This document shows positions 22,593 through 34,411 of a stretch of 48,646 nt of DNA, piece by piece; the first letter of the stretch is position 1; every line of letters begins with the position of its first letter. A model generated the notes under the pieces. The model saw only the letters and a list, made by a program, of their open reading frames with translations. It was not told where the DNA came from and made no database searches. The translations under genes were made by a program, and so were the position numbers. Source of the DNA: Octopus bimaculoides. Taxonomy: Eukaryota. The stretch lies in contig NC_068986.1 of assembly GCF_001194135.2 (NCBI RefSeq), forward strand, positions 113,263,710 to 113,312,355, in the 5' to 3' direction.

Positions 22593-23367
22593 CTGTATTT
22601 AAATCAAATAATGTGTATGCTATTTCATCATTTTTAAAAAGAAGAATCTATCTATTTCTATTTTCTCTTGTAATTGTGATTACGAATTTGTATTTTAAAC
22701 ATTTTTCGGATAAACCTATTTTCAGTAAATATTAATTACGAGGCTATTTGCATTCTAAACTATGTTTTACGCATGAAAAATATGATGATAATACCGAATA
22801 TATAATGTTCTTTCATTTATTTTCTTCCAATTATTCATTTCATCAATAACTTGCTCCCGATTATTTCTTCTGTATTCATTTAAACTGTTATTCAAAACAT
22901 TCTATTCTAATGACCTTTTGTCAAGTCTTAATATAACACATCAAAATAGTTTGAATACCCTCTCTTTCTCACTCTCTCCCTCTCTCACTTTTTGTTCGGA
23001 TTTCAACATCATTCTTACCATTACTAAAACATCTACATTCCAAGATTTTCCAATTTATTTAAAATTTCAAATATTTCACTAATTCCTAATCAAAGAATTG
23101 GCACATCAACCGTATAGTTCACCTCCTGCAATAACTTGAAAGGAAATGCAAAGATCGAAAAACTGGCAAAAGTCTTATAAACCTTTCGATTTCAGTTCTG
23201 AGAATTTCATCTTGAATTAGAATTCTTAATTTTACTTTAGTAGAATGACATCCTAAGGTCCCGTTGACGTAATTCTAACATCGTCAATAATAAAAACAAC
23301 ACAAACAAATACAATCTGTTCTTAAAATTATAATATCAATAACGCCAACATTAATAATAATAATACT

Positions 23368-23530
23368 AAGAAGAAGAAGCAGAAGAAGAAGCAGACGAAG
23401 AAGAAGAAGAAGAAGAAGAAGAAGAAGAAGAAAAAGAAGAAGAAAAGAAGAAGAAGAAGAAGAAGAAGAAGAAGAAGAAGAAGAAGAAGAAGAAGAAGAA
23501 GAAGAAGAAGAAGAAGAAGAAGAAGAAGAA
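23368..23530. repeat. (AAG)n microsatellite at the 5' junction of a Dong-like LINE
   Basis: Directly visible; runs in frame into AAG AAG AAT CTA TGC TGG. Confidence 0.97.
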
Positions 23531-23878
23531 TCTATGCTGGATCATAGATATAGCATGCCCAGCTGGCAATAAGGAAGAAAGAAAAGTCGAGAGATATGAC
23601 AGGGTAGCTTAGGCGGTTAAGCAGTTGTAGTCGATGAAAAAGGTGGTAGTAGTACCATTAATTGTCGAAGTCCTGGGAACAGTGAGCAAAAATCTTGAGA
23701 AGTACATGGAACAAATAGGGGCTGCAATAAGGGTGGAGCACTTGCAGAAAACAGCACTGCATGGAACCGCTCGAATACTCTTGAAGGTGCTCGAAAAATA
23801 AGAGGTGTTACCTTAGTACACCGGTAGTGAACAGCTGACACTGTATTACATCCCCAGCGTTAGAGGCTGCGCAAAGGC
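23522..23878 (+). mobile_element. 5'-truncated R4/Dong-like LINE (RLE C-terminus and 3' UTR)
   Basis: Single frame: KKNLCWIIDIACPAGNKEERKVERYDRVA*AVKQL*SMKKVVVVPLIVEVLGTVSKNLEKYMEQIGAAIRVEHLQKTALHGTARILLKVLEK*, stop at 23799-23801. A ~77-nt UTR and a long (TAA)n tail follow. Confidence 0.92.
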
Positions 23879-24229
<351 letters not shown>

Positions 24230-24351
24230 GTTCAGTAGTTTTATTTTCATAACGTGCTTTCACTTCACTACCGAGCGCAGCTCTGTGTGCCTTGGGTATG
24301 TGCTGCGGTTTGCTGTGATGCTCTTATGGTTACAGTATTGAAATTCTTTTG
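24230..24351 (-). mobile_element. Probable 3' end of a different Dong-like LINE
   Basis: Minus strand: AAA AGA ATT TCA ATA CTG TAA (KRISIL*), ~100 nt of UTR-like sequence, then (AAT)n. Same layout as 23522-23878 but an unrelated UTR. Family assignment is partly from recollection. Confidence 0.6.
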
Positions 24352-24410
24352 CAGACGAAATGCCGCTAATCATTTCGCTCGACGGGCTAGCGTTTCTGCC
24401 AGGTCACCGC
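24351..24410 (-). mobile_element. 5' head (60 nt) of the main SINE family, fused to the LINE tail
   Basis: Reverse complement GCGGTGACCTGGCAGAAACGCTAGCCCGTCGAGCGAAATGATTAGCGGCATTTCGTCTGC aligns with the heads at 37672 and 38252. Confidence 0.85.
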
Positions 24411-25333
24411 TTCTAGTTAGCTACGTGACACAAGCGTTCTGTTTCCTTAAGTTTTCAAAGTGTGATATAGTGTGATTTAGAGGCAGTAGCATTCTTCCCT
24501 TTCCTGGAACTGACGCATTAAGTTGGTAGCAAACCACTACTATTTCATAAATGTTTAATAAAAATGTAATGCGTATGTTCATAAATAGGTTGTCATATGT
24601 AACATCGAGAAAAAACTCTTACAATCAATTATAAAGAAACGGTGAACTTTAACTGAAAATGCTTGAAGCGAATCGGTATTTTCATAGTACTAAGAACTAT
24701 CTAAAACAGATCAGTTAAGCAAGAATTAAATAATGAGACATTTTCCTAATATAGATTACAACGAACAATTTATTAAAATTTTGTCATGGAATACCTCCAA
24801 TTTTAAATAATGTTCCCGACTACATTGAACAAATAATTTTATAAGAAACTATGAAACTTTACCAAGATATCGATTTATAGAAATGCTTTAAATATTACGA
24901 CGGCCAGTTTATAGCAACCTTCGAGTCAGCGATAACGTGAATGAAGAACAAAGCTAATGGACATATGTCGAGACGTATCTAATAAAGGAGGTCCCTGAAA
25001 ATGTTATGGGCAAACAAAGGGTAGAGAGGCGACAAAATTATTGAATCGATCATCTCCAAAAACAGATAAATATCTACTTCGCTCCTATTTAGAATTAAGC
25101 GGTACAGAAAAGGAAAAGATGAAACATTTGCCAATATAAATAACAAGAGTTCATTTCAGCCAAACTTTGAAATATGGATGCGATAATCAATGTAACGTAC
25201 ACACACACACACACACACATATATATATCTACATAAATAAGTACGTATACATGTATACATATATACACATACACACACATTTATATATACATATAAAGAC
25301 ATAATTATATGTGTGTACATATATACGTGTTTC

Positions 25334-25390
<57 letters not shown>

Positions 25391-26670
25391 GTATAAGTAT
25401 GTAGAAGTATATTCATGTATGTGATTATAAATGTATACCAATCTAAGCAGAATGTTTTGGCAAAAGATGAATGGGTACAGATTTAATACTGCTAAAGAAA
25501 TAGACGGATCAAACAAGCGAATGTCTCATCATCTATAAGAATAAAGCCTATATATTTAGCTAGAATACATTTGTAAAATAGAAAGATCAGATTGCTTTTG
25601 TCTTCATGTATGATCTAGAAGCGATTTCTTAAGCAGTGTCTGTTCACGGCCAGACACAATACTATTCCGCATTATATTGCATTCTACGCTTGCTACTCGC
25701 TCCTAGTAGAACTTAGTGAAAAGCACATTAAAAAGTTTCTCGAAAAAAATAAATAAATCGAAGTAGGAAAGAAAGAGAAAGGAATAATGATTTAATAAAT
25801 ATAGTATAGCAACTATTGTGGAAAATCAGAAGATCTTAAATGAATAGGCTCAGTGTTTCCTTTGCCAGCTTGTCAACTAGAATGTCTTGTTACCATGGAA
25901 AATTCCATCAGTACCATCTTCTGACGGCAATAGAATTCAAGCATTTGTTGTTTTTTTTTGTTTGTTTTCCTTTATTCATTTTTATTCGTTGTTGTTGTTT
26001 TTTTTTCAGTTTAAGTTGAATTCGTGTGTAGTTTCTTAATAGTTCCTGATGCTTTGATGCGCAGGCACAAAAGTCAGTGCTTACACATATACAAAGAATT
26101 ACAAAAAGAAAAAGAGACAGAGAGAGGGAAAGAGAAAGAGAGACAGGAGATAGACGCGAAGGAGGAGCAGGAGGAGGAAGAAGAGGAGGAAGAGGAGGAG
26201 GAGTTGTAAGCGAGAGAATGGACAATGGCTACTAAGCAAAGCAGACGCCAAGACTTTGTAGACACAAATCATATACAATGTTTTGTTTCGTTCAGCTTAA
26301 CAACGCCTTTTCATTTTTCTTAATCAAACAACGTTATAAACAAAAAAAAACAAACAAACAAATATAAAACAAAACGATAAACAAGCAAAACTAAGAATAA
26401 TAACATGAGGCAATCAGCAATTCAAATACTACCACATTTCTAACATTATTCCGTCTACAATTACTACTACTACTACTCCTGCAAAACTAACTACTACTAC
26501 TACTACTACTACTGCTGATGATGCTGCTGCTACTATAAGTACAGCTCATATTAGTGACACTGTTCATAAAACTTCTATAAAATAATATATTAATACTCAG
26601 AATATTTGTATTATTATATTAATCGTAATATTAGTGAGAATAATAGTACAACTAATAAGAATTTTTCTTT

Positions 26671-26725
<55 letters not shown>

Positions 26726-28331
26726 NNNNNNNNNNNNNNNNNNNNNNNNNNNNNNNNNNNNNNNNNNNNNNNNNNNNNNNNNNNNNNNNNNNNNNNNNNN
26801 NNNNNNNNNNNNNNNNNNNNNNNNNNNNNNNNNNNNNNNNNNNNNNNNNNNNNNNNNNNNNNNNNNNNNNNNNNNNNNNNNNNNNNNNNNNNNNNNNNNN
26901 NNNNNNNNNNNNNNNNNNNNNNNNNNNNNNNNNNNNNNNNNNNNNNNNNNNNNNNNNNNNNNNNNNNNNNNNNNNNNNNNNNNNNNNNNNNNNNNNNNNN
27001 NNNNNNNNNNNNNNNNNNNNNNNNNNNNNNNNNNNNNNNNNNNNNNNNNNNNNNNNNNNNNNNNNNNNNNNNNNNNNNNNNNNNNNNNNNNNNNNNNNNN
27101 NNNNNNNNNNNNNNNNNNNNNNNNNNNNNNNNNNNNNNNNNNNNNNNNNNNNNNNNNNNNNNNNNNNNNNNNNNNNNNNNNNNNNNNNNNNNNNNNNNNN
27201 NNNNNNNNNNNNNNNNNNNNNNNNNNNNNNNNNNNNNNNNNNNNNNNNNNNNNNNNNNNNNNNNNNNNNNNNNNNNNNNNNNNNNNNNNNNNNNNNNNNN
27301 NNNNNNNNNNNNNNNNNNNNNNNNNNNNNNNNNNNNNNNNNNNNNNNNNNNNNNNNNNNNNNNNNNNNNNNNNNNNNNNNNNNNNNNNNNNNNNNNNNNN
27401 NNNNNNNNNNNNNNNNNNNNNNNNNNNNNNNNNNNNNNNNNNNNNNNNNNNNNNNNNNNNNNNNNNNNNNNNNNNNNNNNNNNNNNNNNNNNNNNNNNNN
27501 NNNNNNNNNNNNNNNNNNNNNNNNNNNNNNNNNNNNNNNNNNNNNNNNNNNNNNNNNNNNNNNNNNNNNNNNNNNNNNNNNNNNNNNNNNNNNNNNNNNN
27601 NNNNNNNNNNNNNNNNNNNNNNNNNNNNNNNNNNNNNNNNNNTATGTATGTATGTATGTATGTATGTATACATATACATATATATACATACATAAATATT
27701 TGTATGTATATGTGTATGTATATAAATCTCTGTTATAAAAATCCCGACTGAAAAGAGCTTTAATTTCTCTTTCACAAAGGCACTTGTATAATACTAAATT
27801 AATAGAAAAAAAACAAACGTTAATCAATATAATGTATAAAGAAATAAATTAGTCCACCAAACAATGCAGCAAAGCAGAAACTAATTCAAGACAGCAAAAA
27901 TAAAACAGACAACAGGCAGTAGAAAACAAACAACCCATTAGAGAGAATGCATTTTATGAACGAAATGCACCCTGGCTATGCAATAGATAAGCATGCAGCA
28001 ACATAAATCATCAAAGGCATTTCAAAACGCATGCCGCTCAATCAATCATAAACTGGCATTAATAATAAATTATAAAGACACAACGATTGAAATCACAGCA
28101 TAAAAATACAAAACTTCAATGCTGTGAGTTGCTGTATAAACTTCATATGACTAACGTAATTTATGTATTTTGATGGAAACATGAAAGTTTGTTGGAAACT
28201 TCAATATTCAGCGAATGCATTGGACGTATGTGTACAGCACTTTCTCACCGCCTCATCATCTATCTACAACAACAACAACGAACTATTGAATTGAAATATG
28301 TTATTTTATATAAACAAAAGAACTATGGACA

Positions 28332-28367
<36 letters not shown>

Positions 28368-29208
28368 TTATACACACATACATACATANNNNNNNNNNNN
28401 NNNNNNNNNNNNNNNNNNNNNNNNNNNNNNNNNNNNNNNNNNNNNNNNNNNNNNNNNNNNNNNNNNNNNNNNNNNNNNNNNNNNNNNNNNNNNNNNNNNN
28501 NNNNNNNNNNNNNNNNNNNNNNNNNNNNNNNNNNNNNNNNNNNNNNNNNNNNNNNNNNNNNNNNNNNNNNNNNNNNNNNNNNNNNNNNNNNNNNNNNNNN
28601 NNNNNNNNNNNNNNNNNNNNNNNNNNNNNNNNNNNNNNNNNNNNNNNNNNNNNNNNNNNNNNNNNNNNNNNNNNNNNNNNNNNNNNNNNNNNNNNNNNNN
28701 NNNNNNNNNNNNNNNNNNNNNNNNNNNNNNNNNNNNNNNNNNNNNNNNNNNNNNNNNNNNNNNNNNNNNNNNNNNNNNNNNNNNNNNNNNNNNNNNNNNN
28801 NNNNNNNNNNNNNNNNNNNNNNNNNNNNNNNNNNNNNNNNNNNNNNNNNNNNNNNNNNNNNNNNNNNNNNNNNNNNNNNNNNNNNNNNNNNNNNNNNNNN
28901 NNNNNNNNNNNNNNNNNNNNNNNNNNNNNNNNNNNNNNNNNNNNNNNNNNNNNNNNNNNNNNNNNNNNNNNNNNNNNNNNNNNNNNNNNNNNNNNNNNNN
29001 NNNNNNNNNNNNNNNNNNNNNNNNNNNNNNNNNNNNNNNNNNNNNNNNNNNNNNNNNNNNNNNNNNNNNNNNNNNNNNNNNNNNNNNNNNNNNNNNNNNN
29101 NNNNNNNNNNNNNNNNNNNNNNNNNNNNNNNNNNNNNNNNNNNNNNNNNNNNNNNNNNNNNNNNNNNNNNNNNNNNNNNNNNNNNNNNNNNNNNNNNNNN
29201 NNNNNNNN

Positions 29209-29240
<32 letters not shown>

Positions 29241-29445
29241 TGTTCACAGAACACATCAATACAGCAAAGAATAAATAAACAAGCAACTGTCATTAATAAA
29301 TATCATCCTCAACTCAACATGAACACACAACATAATACGGGTCACTACTAACCTTCCCAATAACACCACTAACTTCCATACATCCCATACACCATTCATA
29401 ATACAGTATATCTCCCCTAATTACACCACTTCCAGAACTGCTTAC

Positions 29446-29502
29446 CTCCCTTGTATGTAATATTTCCACCCAGAGACTATTAGACCAGACACCGGTATGA
29501 GT
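29446..29502 (-). CDS. Candidate 57-nt exon
   Basis: Acceptor tttattattattcag|, strong donor GAG|gtaagc. Phase 0 gives THTGVWSNSLWVEILHTRE, in phase with the 29747-29812 candidate. No recognised homology. Confidence 0.2.
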
Positions 29503-29746
29503 CTGAATAATAATAAACGTTCTACTTGTATTTCTACATCAGTTCATCTAATTGTATATGTATGAAATATACAAGAAATATATATAAGTATAGCCGCTCA
29601 CACACATATATCTTTGAATACATGCATTTTTGCGTGTACGCTGGGCGAATGCATGTAGTTATTTAAAATAAATAGAAATATGTATTTAATAGAATTTGGA
29701 TTTATAATACGAATTTGCGAAGCGCAAACCAACACAGCCCTTTTAC

Positions 29747-29812
29747 CTCTAAGAAATCCAGATGCCTGACGCAATGCTGCAGCATTATGTTTCTGAAAGA
29801 GCCACAAAATTG
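29747..29812 (-). CDS. Candidate 66-nt coding exon with a cysteine-containing LRR pattern
   Basis: Acceptor ttatgttctctttgcag|, donor GAG|gtaaaa. Phase 0-0 gives QFCGSFRNIMLQHCVRHLDFLE (CxxFxxIxLxxC). No transcript evidence. Confidence 0.3.
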
Positions 29813-31535
29813 CTGCAAAGAGAACATAATTCCATGACTTTATTTACTTTAGAAATCAGTCTGATGAAATGAACTGTTTATCTAAATTTTTCATTTTAAA
29901 TTATTTCAAAAAAAACCTCGCAATTTGTTGATTTTAAATATTGGCGATTTTGATAATCTAAAAAAAAAACAGTTTTTACTAATTGAAAGTTTACAATATT
30001 CCCCTTGATGGATGTAAGCTTGAGCCCATTTCTTAAACAGATATTAGGTGCAAGTGTATTATATGGATTTCATATACTCTACGAAAAGAAAACTGTTGTA
30101 CAGCACAAAATACGTCACATCAAGCAATTAGCCGACCATAGTAATATATTAAAATACATAAAGGAAGATATGTCTCCCATTTTAGAACCGAAAACAGGTT
30201 TGTATGTTTGAGAAGAATCTCAAAATGACCAGAGTGTGAGTAGAAAATAGAAAGTTGCAAAACTCAAAACTTTCACCTATTATATAAACCATCTTCGTGT
30301 AGGTTCACCATGCGTTTAAATGAAGAAGAAATTGCAACAGTATACGTACAACAAGGAAATGTGTATATCTGTAGGAAAACATATACAGAAATATTTGCTC
30401 GCTACATAGAATATTTCAAGGAAATGGGAGATTGGTTCTGGCGCACGACAATTAAAACATAGAATACAATTACTATATAACATACACAAATGAGAACTTG
30501 AAATCAGATGAGAGAGAAAGCAAATTCTCTAACTGGCAATTTCTCGGCGAGATAATTCATATAAATATAAGGCGACCATAGTAATTGGTGAAATATCGCC
30601 ACACCCTGAAAATAACAATGTGATAGCTTGGAAAGGGAGGTAAACAAGGATTTTAACATTTCTCTATTACATATGGAGTGGTATAAAATCTTCATTCATA
30701 GACACGTGAAAACATAAAAAGAGCAATCTTAAATAAAAAATGTTCACATTTTCAATACATACATAAAACCGCTTTGTAAAAATACATGTATACATATATA
30801 CATAGATGCAGAAATCTATGCATCTGTCTATGTATCTATCTATCTAGCTATGCATACATACATGCATATATATATATATAATATATTATGTGTGTGTGTG
30901 TGTGTGCGCATATATATATGTATATATGTAGTTGAAACGTTTAGTAATATTGGACTCCCATTGGATGGAGTGCCCTTCATGTTGACTTTTAGGCAGTCAA
31001 TTTCTCAATGTATGTGTGCGTGGGGGGTTATTTATATTCGTATTATATTCCCTTATTTGTTACAATAGATTCTATTTTCACATCTCTAGTGTAACAACTC
31101 AGCAATTAATTTTAAATATATAAACTCTATGCCCTGAACTGATAACATTTGTTTGCCTCTTTGTTCTTTCTATATCGAAATGTACGCATATATAAAAAAC
31201 ACACACATTCTGAATTCGCTGACAACCTTGTTACACAGAAATCGACAACGAAAACTTCCCACAGTGTCTAATGAAATACCAAGAGAAAACATTTCATTAG
31301 AAACTATTGGATCTAAACATAATGATTATCCACCGTAGCTAAATATTCTCATTGTTTTACAAATAGATTTAACACATAATGACTACTGCAAATGTAGAAA
31401 TTCTTTCTGCAGCTGATTCTACGTGTAAAGCGGCAAGTATAAAATGATATTAACAATATTTTACCGCAAAGAAACGTCAAAAAGACTAATCGGAGTGTTG
31501 CAATACACATTTTGTTTGATATGTTAATAAATGGT

Positions 31536-31583
31536 TAATAATAATAATAATAATAATAATGATAATAATAATAATAATAATAA

Positions 31584-31630
<47 letters not shown>
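31536..31630. repeat. Palindromic (TAA)n-C-(ATT)n microsatellite
   Basis: Directly visible; inversion point at 31585. Confidence 0.95.
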
Positions 31631-31633
<3 letters not shown>

Positions 31634-31797
31634 ATAAAATAATAAAAGAAATAAGAAGACTAATAATGTGTAGGGAATGTTCAGGCAAATAGATATTAAT
31701 ATGTATTTGGAATATATAAAGAGTGACGTACAAACAGAAATGAAAACATTCATACAGAAAAAAATACAAACATACATAAGCACACACAGTGTGTGTC

Positions 31798-31828
<31 letters not shown>

Positions 31829-32371
31829 GCATATATGTACATTATGTGTTATGTATGTACGTATTTATCTATACATTAATTAATATATATTAATATATAT
31901 ATATATGTATATATATGTATGTATGAATGTATGCATGTGTGTATGTATGTACGTCACCATTCAAATGTATCGCCTATTCCCTACCTCGCCACACGTGTAT
32001 AATGAAGGTAATTGCTAACAGAACAAACCAGGCGTGGACGTAAACGTCGAGGAGAAAAGCATTTTGAATCAAACTCAATATAGATGGGAAACTTCCAATT
32101 AGAAGTAATGTTTTTTTCCCCCCAAATATAATTGTTTGGCATCAAACACGTACACACACAAATAGACGCACTCATACTTGTGGATATATATTTACTCACA
32201 AAGAGTTATACACTCCAATACAGTACCAAGGAACAAAAAAAAAATGATTTGGAATATTGACGGCATAAACGCGAAAACGCGAACATCTCGTGATGCATTC
32301 ACATGTACAGATACACATAAGCATACATAAACACACTTATATATATATATACATCCATCACATATATATAA

Positions 32372-32410
<39 letters not shown>

Positions 32411-33557
32411 CAAACAAACATCCAAACTTACACCCAGATAATATACATACACACGATATAAGAATATATATTAAATATATGCAATAAATATAAAAAGAAA
32501 ATGTTTTCGCAGACATTGTTTCTTCCTAATGAAGTGTATTGAAAGCTGCTTGGCAGAAATACAATTAATTAACCAGCATCTCAGTAAATGAGAACAGAAA
32601 CCATATAAGAGTTAAGGTTATTTTAATAAGATTAGCTGCTACTGCTGCCATTTAGGAGGGAACGATGCATTATTGGAGTTCGATTAATTGTTATGATGAG
32701 CTGATAATTAAAACTTTGTGTCTTGATTTGGCTGCCGAACCAAAAAAGAAAAAAATGAAAAAGAGAAGAAAAACTGTACTTATTCTATGAATTAATGAGT
32801 GTGCTGTGTTGGATGTATCATTCTTGCTGTGTACATGGGTTTTCTTACGGTGTGTTGGATGTCGGTATTGAAAATTTGGCTTGTAATTCATATAAATGTG
32901 CTAATGTGTGGGTAAGGGGTAATATGTATATATGTATATACATACATATGGTTGTTTGGGTGTGTGTATGTGTACATGTATATGCATATCTATATGCATG
33001 TGTATATGTGCATATCTCGTTATAGACACACGCTGGATGTTGTCAGGTATGCAGCTGCGTGTGCCATGTATTATTGGCATGATCCGAAATACAGTANNNN
33101 NNNNNNNNNNNNNNNNNNNNNNNNNNNNNNNNNNNNNNNNNNNNNNNNNNNNNNNNNNNNNNNNNNNNNNNNNNNNNNNNNNNNNNNNNNNNNNNNNNNN
33201 NNNNNNNNNNNNNNNNNNNNNNNNNNNNNNNNNNNNNNNNNNNNNNNNNNNNNNNNNNNNNNNNNNNNNNNNNNNNNNNNNNNNNNNNNNNNNNNNNNNN
33301 NNNNNNNNNNNNNNNNNNNNNNNNNNNNNNNNNNNNNNNNNNNNNNNNNNNNNNNNNNNNNNNNNNNNNNNNNNNNNNNNNNNNNNNNNNNNNNNNNNNN
33401 NNNNNNNNNNNNNNNNNNNNNNNNNNNNNNNNNNNNNNNNNNNNNNNNNNNNNNNNNNNNNNNNNNNNNNNNNNNNNNNNNNNNNNNNNNNNNNNNNNNN
33501 NNNNNNNNNNNNNNNNNNNNNNNNNNNNNNNNNNNNNNNNNNNNNNNNATACATACA

Positions 33558-34411
33558 CACGGTGCGATGCTTGAATTGTCCTATTTATTTATTTCACGCA
33601 TGCGCATTGTTTGTTTTCGATTTTGTTCACTACACAATATAGTAGGTTTGCTTCGGTACCGTCTGTGAGGATCACAGTACCATGACGCAATTCACTCTGC
33701 CAGAAATTTGGAAATTACATGCTGTATTGCTTGCCATTCGCGCCGGAATCTCGAATAGGGAAATTTCAGATTCTTTGGGTGCCAAACTGACAGTGGTACA
33801 ATCTGAAGACATGTACCGGGAGTGGAAAAATCAGACATCCAGTCAACACTGTGGTGCTTTGAATGATCACTAGTGGTGGATAAGTTATACCTCAGTTCAT
33901 CTTCCCACACGACCTCAGATTCAACACGGTGGCCTACATCAAGTGGCTGGAGGAGGTAGTGCTGCCCTGGGTCAAGAGTGTGGCTGCTGGAAGACCCTAT
34001 GTCTGGCAACAGGATTCTGCACAATGCAACACAAGCAGAACTCAGTCATAGCTGCCACACAATTTCTGCTACCACATCCCTAACATCTGGCCACCTAACT
34101 CCCCAAACTGCAACACCCACAATTGAGCAAGTGAACAACAAAACTCCTTGTAATACCATAAGATGAACCGAAGACAAATATTATGGCAGTATTCCACAAC
34201 TTAAACAAAGAGACCGCTCAGGAGTTACAGGAGATCCCGAACTCGTCTGGAGGCCGTGGTTGAAGCCAATGGCAATTTTATTGAATACATTTACTCTTTC
34301 GTATTTGAAGATATGTTTTATGTAATTTTAGTAAATATATCTGTTAAAATAAGATACCAGTGTTATTTTCATTTTTTTGCGTAATGTAGATAATATATTC
34401 ACCACATCCTG
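33558..34411 (+). mobile_element. Internally deleted Tc1/mariner element (maT/DD37D-like)
   Basis: N-terminus MTQFTLPEIWKLHAVLLAIRAG (33682), catalytic region LEEVVLPWVKSVAAGRPYVWQQDSA...IWPPNSPNCN, C-terminus RLEAVVEANGNFIE. Degenerate TIRs: CACGGTGCG at the left; the right end reverse-complements to CAGGATGTG, followed by TA at 34412-13. Confidence 0.88.
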
